This document shows positions 31,773-43,392 of a DNA stretch of 54,758 bases, one piece after another. The position numbers and the translations under genes were made by a program. Each line of letters starts with the position of its first letter. Position 1 is the first letter of the stretch. Origin of the DNA: Cladosporium halotolerans (taxonomy: Eukaryota); assembly GCF_011745625.1 (NCBI RefSeq), contig NW_027191513.1, positions 1 to 54,758 of the forward strand, given 5' to 3'. Under the pieces are notes generated by a model. That model was not told the origin of the DNA. It was given only the letters and a program-made list of their open reading frames with translations, and searched no databases.

Positions 31773-34187
31773 ATGGAAGTTCCTTCTCACCGCGCCTGCG
31801 CAGTGTGCCGGGCCCAGAAAGTGCGCTGTCTCCCTGATGAAAGCAACCCGGATGCGTGCCAGCGGTGTGCGCGAGCTGGCCGAGCATGCGTCTTCACGCC
31901 GCTTCAGAAGCGCAAGCAGCGCAAGCGGACCGATACTCGCGTCGCCGAACTCGAGCGGGAAATGCGCGCGATGCGAGCGCTGCTGAAAGAGAAGAGCGAG
32001 GATGATGGCTCGGATGGTGGGATCAAGCCGGGCGCAGAGAAGGACACCGTGCGAGAGGACGCGCCAGGGGATACCAACAACACCTCTGCAAGTCAGCAGT
32101 CGTCTAGTCCTGATGAAGTGCTGCAGGGCTATTCGCAAGTCTTCGCAGCGGGAAAGAGCGCTTTGGAACAACAGAACCAAGGCTTCAGCCGGCAAAACCC
32201 CAAGGCCAAGGTCACAGCTTCAAGGGAGAGACCAAGGGAGGGAGAGGATGTTATCAATCGAGGCGTATTGTCCATGCAAGACGCCCGCCGTCTGGTCGAG
32301 CACTACAAGACGAAGCTATATCCCCAGTGCCCACAAGTTTACATTCCGGACACCTGCTCGGCCGATGATCTCCGCGAGAGCAGGCCGACCCTTTTTCTGG
32401 CAGTGATCGCGGCCGCCGCTGAGATCGAGAGTCCAGATTTAGCCAACATATTGGACCAGGAAGTACTCCAAGAATACGCCAATCGTACTGTTGTGAGAAG
32501 TGAGAAGTCGATCGAACTGGTGCAATCGCTCCTAGTGAGCGCGGTCTGGTACGTTCCTCCGACTAAGTTTGGGAATTTGAAGTACTACGAATACATATCA
32601 ATGGCTGCTACCATGGCATCGGACTTGGGAATCACCACCAGACCGTCAACATTGAACCGCAGTAGGTTCGCTGCTCGGTATGGCGCTCCATCACCGTCCT
32701 TGCATCCTTCAGAAGATATCTCCAACCCCGATCTAAGCATGTCCATTCGCGTTTCTCACGATGTGGACGGCACTGGAAGTGTTGAGTGCAGACGAACATT
32801 CCTCGCCTGTTACTCCATCTGCATTGGTATATCTCTGAGTCTTCGTCGTCCAGCGATGATGCGCGTAACGAAGTACACGAAAGAGTGCCTTGAGTTTCTG
32901 GAGAATTCGCCCCAAGCCACGCATGGAGATGTCTACCTTGTTGCGTGGACGCGTCTCTGGATGATCGGTGAAGAAATCTCCACTGCATTGTCCTACGATG
33001 ACCCCGGCGAGACAGCTTCTATCTTGGATACCTCAACACAGACGATGATGACGGCTTTCGAAAAGAAGCTAACAGAGTGGAGGGCGCGCGTACCTGACCA
33101 ACATTTTGCGCCCAGTCTTAAAGTCATGTATTACACCATCCGAATGTTCTTGCATGAGCTCGCTCTTCACATCGACCACTCGCCGGAAGACTTCAAAGCG
33201 CCGTATCAGATGGGAGCCATCCATCCTTGTAGCGAGCAAGACATACCAGTCAAACCGGTTGTACACGCAGTGGCGGAACTCGTCCAATGCTCGCACGCAC
33301 TCATCAATACCTTTGTCGAAATGGGAACCGAGACGGTCCGCTGTCTCCCAATCTTTTACTTTGTCCGGGTGTCGTTCGCGGCCTTCGTATTGGCGAAACT
33401 TTGCCTGAGCGCTGCGAGTCCGCACAGTCGGCTCGCTGACACTATCGACCGGAAGACACTGCAAGCAGAAGCTCACGTTGATAAACTGATTCTGTTCGTA
33501 CAAGAGACTATCGGGTCAAAAGGGCGACCGGTGCCTTCCATATTTCTGGCGCTTCTATTTAAGCTGCGACAATGGTGCTCTCATCCTGAGCTGATACAGC
33601 AGGCGGACGCGCAAGGTGCGCCGACCGACATCTGGCCTGAAGGTATTAAAAAAGCCCAAGAACAGATTGCGATAGATGGGCCAAGAATCGCCGAGGTGCT
33701 GAATAGCTCGACGGAGCCGTCGCCGGAGAACGTGGCGGGTCCTGATGTGACACCCGCTCACTGGAATACGCCTTCGGCCTGGAGTGGTGAGCCCATGACA
33801 GTGGGTGCTGGTGATGCCACTGCCAGCCTTGCAGTTGATCAAGGAAGTATTTCCACACAGCAGGCCCGCTCAATACAAATCCCCAGCACGCCAACATTGA
33901 ATGCGAGCCAAACTCTGCCTCAATTGGAAAACCAAGCCTCCGTATCAATCACGGGCCAACAGGGCTCTGCCTTTGAGGCCTGTAACCTCGAGCCCAGTAT
34001 CATCGACTCTTCTCTCTCCTCCAACTGGACACTTCAAGACCCCATGGAGCTAGATGGTAACATGCTCGCCTTCCTGGACAACGTCGACGACTTCTCCCAA
34101 GTCGGTCTGACTGGTCTCGAAGATTGGGAGACTTTTCAGAACCATTTTGGCTCAGTCCAGGGACTAGATGAGTGGCATGGAGCATGA
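31773..34187 (+). CDS. Zn(II)2Cys6 transcription factor with a Fungal_trans middle region
   Basis: Single 804-aa ORF. RACAVCRAQKVRCLPDESNPDACQRCARAGRAC, followed by a coiled coil, ECRRTFLACY and an acidic C-terminus. Confidence 0.92.
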   Translation: MEVPSHRACAVCRAQKVRCLPDESNPDACQRCARAGRACVFTPLQKRKQRKRTDTRVAELEREMRAMRALLKEKSEDDGSDGGIKPGAEKDTVREDAPGDTNNTSASQQSSSPDEVLQGYSQVFAAGKSALEQQNQGFSRQNPKAKVTASRERPREGEDVINRGVLSMQDARRLVEHYKTKLYPQCPQVYIPDTCSADDLRESRPTLFLAVIAAAAEIESPDLANILDQEVLQEYANRTVVRSEKSIELVQSLLVSAVWYVPPTKFGNLKYYEYISMAATMASDLGITTRPSTLNRSRFAARYGAPSPSLHPSEDISNPDLSMSIRVSHDVDGTGSVECRRTFLACYSICIGISLSLRRPAMMRVTKYTKECLEFLENSPQATHGDVYLVAWTRLWMIGEEISTALSYDDPGETASILDTSTQTMMTAFEKKLTEWRARVPDQHFAPSLKVMYYTIRMFLHELALHIDHSPEDFKAPYQMGAIHPCSEQDIPVKPVVHAVAELVQCSHALINTFVEMGTETVRCLPIFYFVRVSFAAFVLAKLCLSAASPHSRLADTIDRKTLQAEAHVDKLILFVQETIGSKGRPVPSIFLALLFKLRQWCSHPELIQQADAQGAPTDIWPEGIKKAQEQIAIDGPRIAEVLNSSTEPSPENVAGPDVTPAHWNTPSAWSGEPMTVGAGDATASLAVDQGSISTQQARSIQIPSTPTLNASQTLPQLENQASVSITGQQGSAFEACNLEPSIIDSSLSSNWTLQDPMELDGNMLAFLDNVDDFSQVGLTGLEDWETFQNHFGSVQGLDEWHGA

Positions 34188-34836
34188 TAGCCAGGGGCAG
34201 GCGGGCTTTGGATGATAAAATCGTTTGATAAATTTGAAGGTGAGACCATTAATGGTGATAGGGATGATTCTCAGGCCTGGCGACCTTACCTTGATCCACC
34301 AAACGATACCGCAGATGTTTAGCTGGGAAATCTCTACCGCACAAATAGCAACATCGTCCCGGTACGCATGTTGCCTTGATTGCGATGGCCTCACACTCGG
34401 CTGCCTTGACACTCCCTTCGTGTAAGACGGGTGCCGCTTGCTGATGGAATGATTCGCCGTGACTGTTGCGGTGGATGCGAGATGAGCAAACTCGATTGCG
34501 AACTAAGGCATACATGACGATCCGCCGATGCTTTACTTATGGGACTGGCACATTGTGAGAAAGTGCGGCACCACGTGGACGACAGCGTGGCAGACAGCAG
34601 CTGAAATGCGGAGCGAAGTCCGTTGCCGGTGGAGACAGCAGTCGGGCCGTCGTCATGACGGCATCTTTCCATCACTAGACCGGCTAGACAGGGGACCCGT
34701 CACAACATGTGAAATCATGCTAGACTAATACTCAAAAGTCCAGAGGTCAGCAAGTTTCCGTCGCTTCGGATTGCGACAGTTTCACAGGGAGCTTATGCAA
34801 ACCTGTCGTCCTCCAAAAGTTCCCTTGCAAACCAAG

Positions 34837-35745
34837 ATGGCTGCACCCTCGGAGAACACCCTCTCAGACACGATCCGCCATACCGTTCCCACAGCTAGCA
34901 ATGGCGATGTGACCGCCAATCCAACCACCCGTAAACTCTACAATGAGCTCGGCAAGGAGATCAACAGGTACCCGCAGGGCAAACCATACAATGTTGCCAT
35001 CGACACTGTTCCCGTCACCATTGAGCGCATGCCGTATGTCCCATCTGAAGGCGACAAATTAGTCGACCCTGGCACTGCCCGAGCTACCATCGCCGCCGAT
35101 AACCAGCATCCCAACGGCACGACGAAGGACAATTGGGCGGAAAAGCATAAATCGAAGACTGTGGTGCAGCAACACTGCTTGTACTTCGACCAGGACGGCG
35201 ACGGTATCATCTACCCACACGACACCTTCATAGCCTGTCGCAAATGGGGCTGGGGCATCTTCCTCTCCGCTCTTGCCACCTTCATCATCAACTTCAATCT
35301 TTCTTACCCAACGCAGTCTGGCTGGCTGCCCGATCCGTTCTTCAGGATCTACATCAGCAATGTTCACAAAGCCAAGCATGGTAGCGACTCTATGAGCTTC
35401 GACAATGAGGGGCGCTTCTCGCCGCAAAAGTACGAAGACATCTTTGCGAAGTACGACAAGGGACAGAAAGGCGGACTCGACTGGACCGATCTTTTGAGGT
35501 TTCACAGAGGCCAGCGTATGGCCATGGACTTTTTTGGTTGGAGTGCTGTCTTCTTTGAGTGTAAGTTTGCAACCACCGATTCATTCGCTTGCGGTCTCTG
35601 ATTTAAAAACACAGGGCTTGCGGTATACCTTCTCCTATGGCCTGATGATGGCTTGCTTCGCAAAGAAGATATTCGTCGCGTGTTTGACGGCAGCATCTTT
35701 GAGTACAAGGCCCAGGAGCACGCCCGCAAGACCCGTGGCTCATAA
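34837..35745 (+). CDS. Caleosin/peroxygenase (lipid-droplet EF-hand protein)
   Basis: Exons 34837-35560 and 35615-35745. QQHCLYFDQDGDGIIYPHDT (His plus EF-hand), hydrophobic segment, proline knot LSYPTQSGWLPDPFFRIY, HKAKHGSDS, FDGSIF. Confidence 0.93.
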
Positions 35746-36583
35746 TTCAAACAATATGCCTCGCAAGGCAGTCATTCCAAGGTCAAAATCAGAAAGTTCA
35801 AATTACATATTCTACAGCACTCGAAGAGCGTTGACAGGCCTCAGGGCTATTGGCCTCCGTCATTATCGAGTAGGACTCTCGCGCTTGCATGTCAGGAAGC
35901 TACAAAGTCTGACTTCTCACCATATTTGTCCGAGTTCACGATTGTGAACAAAATGGATTCATTAATGTTTTTGTCGGATGTTGGGAAGACTAAACGGCTT
36001 TTGCTTTTGACTTTTTGAAGCGGTGGAGAGAGGCTCAATCCCCAGAGCAGGAACTACTTAGGTCCAAGCGTTTTACTCCTAGACATGCCGATTCAGCGAT
36101 CAGGCAAGTAATCCAAGACAGAGATCACATACAGAAAGCCAGAGCCTCTGCAAATTGCCCCTCCACACCCGTTCCAACATCCCGAGAAATCCGAGAAACC
36201 CTCTCGAACAGCACCAGGGTACCTAGTAGCCCGCTTCGAACCTCCCTCCAATAAGAATGATCTCACTCTGGGAAGGAAAGCATGCCCGATATGATGTGAG
36301 CCCCAGGTCACCACGAGAGCTCATGCTTGATCAGAATGAAACAAATTCGGGATCGATGATTGCATCATACTCGCGTGAGACGCCTTCACTGTTCGCATCC
36401 TCCGGACCTTGCGGGTATGCTTCTCATCCCGCCCAACAAGAATCATTAGACCGTCCTTAGTCCTTTCCGCATCACAGAAGCACGAAAAGAAAGAAGCGTT
36501 CGAGTGTAGATATATAATCTATCGATCACTCCACGAATTCCTGGACTTCCAAATCCACACCATTCTCATCATATGTTCGGCCA

Positions 36584-37651
36584 ATGACAATGCATTCCAC
36601 ACTCTACAAACATGTTTTTACCAATGCCCTACGAAGATCATCCCGGCCGGGAGGTGTCGGGCTCACGTCCGTATCTCGCCTTTTCCATGACTGCACACGC
36701 CTGCATCAAGCGAAGCGAAGCCTTGACTCTAACGAACACCTTGACAGCAGTCTGCACTGGACCGCAGATACTCCACATCTCACGAATCGGCGAGATGAAG
36801 CTCTGCACAACGCAGGCCCATACACATCCAACCGCGCCAAGCAGACTTTTGCGGCATTCGACCTGACCGACCGCGTATATATCGTGACGGGTGGCGCCCG
36901 CGGCATTGGAATTGCCATGGCCGAAGCTCTTGCTGAAGCTGGCGGAGAGGTACATTGCCTTGATCACCAAGATGCGCCCAGTGAGGAATTCTACAAGGCC
37001 GCGGAACAGATGGACAGGGCGCCTGGAGCGGGTAGCCTGCACTATAAGACAGTGGATATCACGCATCGCCAGAGCCTCGACAAGACGGTCGGCACCATAA
37101 GCGAGAAGCATAAGCGGCTGGACGGGCTGGTGGCCGCGGCTGGTGTCGTGCAAGTCGCGCCTGCTATCGACTATGAGATGGAAAACGCCAAGAAGTTGAT
37201 GGATGTCAATCTGCTTGGGGTGTTGTCGACGGCAGACGCATGTGCGAGCGCCATGATGAAGTACAAAAGTCGTGGGAGCATCTGCTTGATTGCCAGCATG
37301 AGCGGCATGATTGCGAACAAAGGTATGTTGTCCTCGATGTACAACTCGAGCAAGGCCGGCGTGATACAGCTCGCGCGCAATCTGTCAATGGAGTGGAGCA
37401 GAGTCCAGGCGGATGGGAGTGGAGGCATCCGAGTGAACTCGCTGAGTCCAGGACATGTTGTCACGCCGATGGTTATGCAAACTCTGAAAGAGGCCCCTGG
37501 GGCCAGAGAAGTGTGGGAGGCGGAGAACATGATGGGTAGGCTTGGAGAGCCGTCTGAGTTCAGGGGCGCAGCACTTTTCTTGCTTAGCAATGCGTCTTCT
37601 TTCATGACGGGCAGTAATTTGATCATGGACGGGGGCCATACCGCTTGGTAG
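36584..37651 (+). CDS. Short-chain dehydrogenase/reductase, polyol dehydrogenase-like, with a probable mitochondrial presequence
   Basis: Single exon. TGGARGIG, IASMSG, YNSSK, VNSLSPG, MTGSNLIMDGGHTAW. The N-terminal ~35 aa are rich in R/S/T and lack acidic residues. Confidence 0.9.
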   Translation: MTMHSTLYKHVFTNALRRSSRPGGVGLTSVSRLFHDCTRLHQAKRSLDSNEHLDSSLHWTADTPHLTNRRDEALHNAGPYTSNRAKQTFAAFDLTDRVYIVTGGARGIGIAMAEALAEAGGEVHCLDHQDAPSEEFYKAAEQMDRAPGAGSLHYKTVDITHRQSLDKTVGTISEKHKRLDGLVAAAGVVQVAPAIDYEMENAKKLMDVNLLGVLSTADACASAMMKYKSRGSICLIASMSGMIANKGMLSSMYNSSKAGVIQLARNLSMEWSRVQADGSGGIRVNSLSPGHVVTPMVMQTLKEAPGAREVWEAENMMGRLGEPSEFRGAALFLLSNASSFMTGSNLIMDGGHTAW

Positions 37652-38000
37652 CGTAGGGACGTGTCCTACCTGGAATAAGGAATGAACGTATTTCTAGCTT
37701 CGGTATCTCAGACTCAGCAGACGATGGATCCTCGTTTCGCATTTCTTTTCATGATTGTCTTGCGTAAGTTCCTTCCGAACCGGGTCGACTGCGCACGACC
37801 CGGATCGCCAGAGCCGAACAAAAATTGATCACATGCAGTCTTAAAACAGCCGCGGAACTAAAGCCTAGAGCGTCCTAGTCCTGAATCGAAAGCTATTGCG
37901 GGATTAGACCTGATAATTGACTGTGTGGTCGGCATGCAGTGGACACAACAATTTCTCCATTTCACTGCCGATAAGTGCGTCGAAACTAACTCGGCCTTAG

Positions 38001-40496
38001 TCAACCTGAAGATATCATCCATTCCAACTGTTGTGCTAAGCTCTCAAGTAGAGTGGATCCGGAGGCTCTACTTACACTACGCACGCCAGCAGCGATGAAG
38101 TGAAGAGAGCTGGAGAAATCTGTTCGGATTCCTCGTAGGGCGATTGCCTCATCCACCGAGACCGAATCTCTATTGCCTGTCTGGGGTTGGGACTCAGGCT
38201 TTAACGCGGCTTGGACCCATATCGAGGCAAATCTTTCGCACTGCACCAGAACAAAGCGTACGGAGTCTCGGATAGGACGTAGATTGCTCGAAAGAAGTAG
38301 GGCGGTGGAGAGCTGAGACATGTTGCTCGCATAAGCCGCAACCATTTCGTCCACGGTTTGAGCGTCAGTCATAGAAGCTCGGAGCGTTGGAGTGATAGCA
38401 GAGACGGTGATAGTGACGTGAGAGCGTAGAACCTGGAGAAAGACGATGAGAGCTTGTCGCAGGCGAAGCAGAAGTGAGCTGTGCTTCGTAATGCTGTTGA
38501 TCTGCAGTGCTGATAGAGTTTGCTGCGCATAGGTGATCTGCAAGATCAAAACCAATGCTTCGTGATGAGTTTTCGGGGTAGCTTCGCAAGTTATGTTCTG
38601 TAATGCGGCTGGGATGCGATAGGATATGTGAACGGACTGCAACATTTCTGAGATGCTCGATGACTCCTCGTCACTTTTTCTGACATCGGTGGTTATTGAC
38701 AGGGCGGCAGGGTCTACCGATGCACCTGCACCAAGTGTCTCCTTGGCCAGTTCCGTAAGCAGGAAATCATTTGCCCAAGATAAAGGCGAATGCCTCATCC
38801 GCAAGAATAGTGTCGTAGCGAAGTCGAGGAACAAGTCGCCGGACGCGGCCAGGAAAGTACACTCCAATGCTTTGAGCATGTCGATGAGACCGTGTTGCTC
38901 AATCAGACAGCGCTGGAGCTTCGGGGTCAGATTAGTACCGACTGTACTGATCCAAGACTGAAGGGCATCGTCAAAGAGCTGAGGGAAAGGTGACAAATGA
39001 CTGCTTCCGAGCTGACTGCGCAAGAGGGCAAAGTCAGGACGAATGGTCACTGACTCTGTAGAGTCATTTGCTGAGGATGGTGGACTGAGTCTATCCAGAA
39101 ACATCTTCGTCTTTCCTAACGCGAAAATCTCCGCCGTTTTGTCTTGCAGGAAGACCGGCGAGCTGTGCAAACCGGCTCTCGAGAGTAGGAGTGTATGACT
39201 GGAATGCCAAACATTCCCAAGCGGACATGAACTCTCCGACTGGCGAACAAACATGTCGTGATCTTCCAATATAACAGCTCCCGTCGAGATCCATCTCCCG
39301 ACCGGCCTGAGATATGTCTGCGTTCCTTCGAATAAGATCGAACTGAAGACCTCGAAGTCGTGATCATCGCCACTCAACTGTGACACACAAGATTTCTCGT
39401 AGAGCGCATCCAATATGGCAAATGGCGAGGTAGTTGGTAGGTTTCCGATGATGGTAGCGACTTCACATAATGGCCGTGCGAGAATCTCCGCCTCTGCCAG
39501 GACGCCAGTCAAGCTTACAAGCTTCTTCTGGACAGCACCTACGTACTTTTTTTCAATGTTGGACAGATCGGTCTCCAATGTTCTGAGCAATCGCTCGACT
39601 GCTGCCTTGCAGGTCTGAGTGTACGGCCGAGAGTCCTCCTGCGAGATCCATGTCCTGACTAGCTGCAGTGCATTTCCAAGGTCGGCAGATTGAGCCAGGA
39701 CATCTTGGAAAGTCTTCTGGCATGAAGTGACAGTTTCAGCGCTCGGTTTTGGTTGAAACTTACCACTGACGGGTTCGTTGCCGTAAAGTGTTGTTGCGCA
39801 CCCGCGGAGCATGAACAGGGATTCACGGATGGCAAGCAGGTCGGAGAGGTTTTTAAAATCTTCCAGTGCTGAGCGTCCATGCGGAACTTGAGAGCACTTG
39901 ATCCGGTCGAGCACTGATACATCTGGTGCGCTCACGTACGATCGCGCTATTGCTTCGCTGTTGTGCTCATCAATAGTGGTGGCTTGACTGGAAACGGTCG
40001 GCTCAGAGTCTAGGTCGTCGCTGAAGCCGGTCTCATCTCCGCTCGAGTGATAGCCATGCTCGATGTCGTCCCAGACACCGGGCTCATTCAGGGGATCGTC
40101 TGCAATGATAGCTTCCCAAGTCAACTGCTGCCCAGGAGATTCTTCATGATAGAGCGATGCTAGTGCATCGGTGCGTGTCTTCTCTACCGGCCTATCGGAT
40201 AGGGCCAAGATCAGTGCAAGAATCTCCGGCAACCATTTACCATTGCCCGGAAGCGCTTCCAGTCGAGATCGCAGGGCTTCGGAGAGGTCGTCGCGATCTA
40301 AGACCGTGAATTTCTCAATGAGACCGTCCAGCCTGGCTTTGACATCGAACTGATTCGTTCGGCCGTGACTGTTGTCTCGGAGGCCTCGAGCGACGGCTGG
40401 CCTGGTCTGGGCGATAACTCGGTCTCCTGCATCGACGCCGAGCACACGCTGGACTAGAGAGTCGGCGAGGGCGCTGATCCGGGCGGCATGAGCCAT
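38001..40496 (-). CDS. GCP5: Gamma-tubulin complex component, GCP5/Mod21-like (Spc97/Spc98 family)
   Basis: Long single ORF with first ATG at 40496 (MAHAARISAL). HGRTNQFDVKARLDGLIEKF, WLPEILALILALSDRP, IRESLFMLRG, WANDFLLTELA. Confidence 0.8.
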   Translation of the reverse strand: MAHAARISALADSLVQRVLGVDAGDRVIAQTRPAVARGLRDNSHGRTNQFDVKARLDGLIEKFTVLDRDDLSEALRSRLEALPGNGKWLPEILALILALSDRPVEKTRTDALASLYHEESPGQQLTWEAIIADDPLNEPGVWDDIEHGYHSSGDETGFSDDLDSEPTVSSQATTIDEHNSEAIARSYVSAPDVSVLDRIKCSQVPHGRSALEDFKNLSDLLAIRESLFMLRGCATTLYGNEPVSGKFQPKPSAETVTSCQKTFQDVLAQSADLGNALQLVRTWISQEDSRPYTQTCKAAVERLLRTLETDLSNIEKKYVGAVQKKLVSLTGVLAEAEILARPLCEVATIIGNLPTTSPFAILDALYEKSCVSQLSGDDHDFEVFSSILFEGTQTYLRPVGRWISTGAVILEDHDMFVRQSESSCPLGNVWHSSHTLLLSRAGLHSSPVFLQDKTAEIFALGKTKMFLDRLSPPSSANDSTESVTIRPDFALLRSQLGSSHLSPFPQLFDDALQSWISTVGTNLTPKLQRCLIEQHGLIDMLKALECTFLAASGDLFLDFATTLFLRMRHSPLSWANDFLLTELAKETLGAGASVDPAALSITTDVRKSDEESSSISEMLQSVHISYRIPAALQNITCEATPKTHHEALVLILQITYAQQTLSALQINSITKHSSLLLRLRQALIVFLQVLRSHVTITVSAITPTLRASMTDAQTVDEMVAAYASNMSQLSTALLLSSNLRPIRDSVRFVLVQCERFASIWVQAALKPESQPQTGNRDSVSVDEAIALRGIRTDFSSSLHFIAAGVRSVSRASGSTLLESLAQQLEWMISSG

Positions 40497-40604
40497 CCTT
40501 GCCGCAACATGCCGGATGTGCGGGAGCTGATGTGACTGCGCCGGTACCAGTTGCAAAGTAGCGGCCTTGTTGTTTTGTCGCCAAAGTGTCCCGATGCAAG
40601 CTTG

Positions 40605-40624
40605 ACGCGGCGGCACGCACGCGT
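40605..40624. promoter_or_regulatory. MCB-like boxes upstream of GCP5
   Basis: ACGCG at 40605-40609 and ACGCGT at 40619-40624, ~110-130 bp upstream of the GCP5 ATG. Confidence 0.5.
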
Positions 40625-40886
40625 TTCGCCAGTCGCCCGCTTTTGGGTTGAAACAAGCTTTCAGGGACCGCTGGACCGCTGCGAGCGCGCGGAACTTTGG
40701 ACGATGCGACCAACTACGTAACGCCGCTCAACTCACCACTTTCGCCTCCACCGCCGCAGCAGACACGCCTACGAGGGACGCACCACCCCATCGTAGCACT
40801 TCGAGCCTCTCGGCACTCACAGAAATCATGCGCTGAGCCTTCACCGCTGTCCGGACCGACAACATTGCCCCAAAGACTCCGCCAGC

Positions 40887-42262
40887 ATGGCCATGGCAAA
40901 ACCTATCCGCCTGATGGCGGGAGCCACCATGCTGTTCTTCGTTTTCCTGCTATTCAGCATGATGAGCTCGCCGCCCTCAATAGACGGTCTTACTGGCCCT
41001 AATGAGGCCCAGAAGATGGACGACATGGCACGGGATCCCAATCTTGACGGTAAGTCCGGAGTCTTTCCTCACAGCCCAAGGATCGCGGGGTTCGGTGTCC
41101 TGACAACTGCATAGAAACCCTCGAGCCTCCAGAGCCTTTGCACCGTGTTAACGGGCACAACTACGATGCCGATAATCCCACCAGCGATCGCATTAATGCC
41201 ACGCTTCTCTCCCTGGTCCGAAATCAAGAGCTGGACCAATTGATCCAGTCTATGAAAGATCTCGAGCGCACCTGGAACCACAAGTTTAACTATCCTTGGA
41301 CATTCATAAATGATGTCCCGTTCACAGAGGAATTCAAGAGGGAGACGCGCAAGCACTCGAACGCTGAGATCCGCTACGAGATCATACCGAAAGAGCACTG
41401 GGAGATTCCGTCGTGGATCAACAAGGACATGATGAAGGAGAGCGCGGATCTGCTGGCGGATCAAGGCGTGCAGTACGCTCACCTGGAGAGCTACCACCAA
41501 ATGTGTCGCTGGAACAGCGGCATGTTCTACAAGCACCCAGCGCTGCTAGACATGCAGTACTACTGGCGCGTGGAGCCCAACGTACACTTCTTCTGCGACA
41601 TAGACTACGATGTTTTCCGGTACATGCGTGACCACAATAAGACTTATGGTTTCACTGTAAACCTTTACGACTCGCCGGAATCCATCGCCGGTCTATGGCC
41701 TGAGACACTGCGCTTCCTGGCCAACAAGGAGCACTCGCTCGCCAAGCCAAACGCGATGAACTGGCTCACCGACAAAGACCGAAGACCAGAACACAATCGC
41801 AAGGCCCACGGATACTCCACTTGTCACTTCTGGAGCAACTTCGAGATCGCTGACATGAACTTCTGGCGCTCGCCCGAATACGAAGCATACTTCGAGCACC
41901 TTGACCGCGCAGGCGGCTTCTTCTACGAGCGCTGGGGTGACGCTCCTGTTCACAGCATCGGACTGGGCTTGTTTGCTGATCCTAACAGCATCCACTGGTA
42001 CGTGCAATAATGCTCAAGTGCAGCGAGAGATGCTACCTGAAACCCTAAGGACACAAAGCTGACAAATCTCTTTCACAGGTTCAAGGATATCGGATACCAG
42101 CACATCCCCTTCTTCAACTGCCCCAATTCCCCGAAGTGCAAGGGCTGCGTTAAGGGTCGCTTCACCGACGGCGAAGCCTGGCTGCACCGTGAAGATTGCA
42201 GGCCGAACTGGTTCAAGTACGTTGGTAACGAATGGGCGGTGCCGGAGAAAGAGGCTGTCTAG
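40887..42262 (+). CDS. GT15 alpha-1,2-mannosyltransferase (KRE2/KTR family)
   Basis: Exons 40887-41049, 41115-41997, 42079-42262. Type II membrane anchor, NATLLSLVRN, YHQMCRWNSG, YYWRVEP, CHFWSNFEI, GGFFYERWGDAPVHS. Confidence 0.95.
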
Positions 42263-43055
42263 ATTACGCTTTTGGCTCACCGAAGGAGGAGGAATCTATT
42301 CTGAATGAACGACTGGCTACGCGAAAACCGATCTTGCACGTGCGCTATGCGAATCAGCACAGACACATTGCAACGCTGCGTCGCGCTCGGGAGGTGGTAC
42401 TGTGTATCTGATCTATGTCCCTGTCTCCCTCCCTTGCACTGCCGCGCTCAATGTTAGGCCTTTGAAAGGCACTGAGGGGCACAACAGGTCTCTTGAATCA
42501 TGGATGTATATATCTCTACGCAGAAGGGGAGGGGCTCAGGACGTTCAGGCGCGGGGGAAGGGAATTTGTACGTATGGCTAATATCGCCGGCTGACTGAGC
42601 TTACGTCCACAGCGTCCTCGAGACTTTCGATCATCAGACAAGTAATGCCACCTGTACTTGCGTTGTCATCTACATTCATTTACCAGAAGCCAAGATGGTG
42701 GACTGAGGCAGCCATCTTGCTGCACCGCCCACTGGTGCCTCCCGCTCGTGCCGCTCCGCTTCCTCAGCCACTCCAATGACGTCCTGCTGTGGCGCGATTC
42801 TAGACCAGATTGGCCGAGTCGCATCTCGCGCGACAGGGCACGCGCAGCCGGCGAGGCAAAGCAAAGCAGTGCCTCCTCGTGCTGAATCACGAGACCGAGG
42901 ACCGCTCTGTATAAAAGTGCAGTCATACGTCGCTTATGCCGCAGTGAAGCTCCTCGATCTATCGCCTCATCAGCCCAAAAACGCCTCGAGCGGATAACGC
43001 AGCTTAGCGACAACTTCCACCAAACCCCACAGCACCCCACTACGACACACTTACA

Positions 43056-43392
43056 ATGATTTCCGCGATTATCCTCGTGATCATCACCATCTTTTGTAAG
43101 CTCGCCGTAATCCCCGTTTCTGCTAGCGTCGGCTAATAGGCCAAATCCAGTCCCGCCCGTGGGCGTCTACATCGTCGCCGGCTGCGGCGCCGACCTCTTC
43201 ATCAATATCTGCCTGACCATCCTCGCCTTCCTGCCCGGCCACATCCACGCGTTCTATGTCATCTATGTCTACTACAACCGCAAGGAGCAGGCTGCCGAAG
43301 GGTACTTCGAGAACAGGCCGGCGCCCGGCGTGTACAGCGATAACGTGCAGACTGGAGGGCAGGGGTATGGGACGATGGGTCCGACGAGGTGA
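43056..43392 (+). CDS. Pmp3/RCI2-family plasma-membrane proteolipid
   Basis: Exons 43056-43095 and 43151-43392: MISAIILVIITIFFPPVGVYIVAGCGADLFINICLTILAFLPGHIHAFY. TATAAAA at 42910. Confidence 0.9.

Noticed and set aside
36015..36460. Short ORFs between the caleosin and the second SDR
   Set aside because: No recognisable homology or splice structure; more likely promoter or intergenic sequence.
26890..37651. Active NRPS-like biosynthetic cluster (NRPS-AACS-TF-caleosin-SDR)
   Set aside because: The NRPS-like gene is heavily disrupted, and nothing except proximity links it to the neighbouring genes.
40497..40616. Non-ATG N-terminal extensions in the ORF track (GCP5; also 8234 ERG7, 20728 CDC16, 47642 GMC, 34771 caleosin)
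   Set aside because: These come from a bacterial-style start-codon rule; the downstream ATGs give family-typical N-termini or signal peptides.
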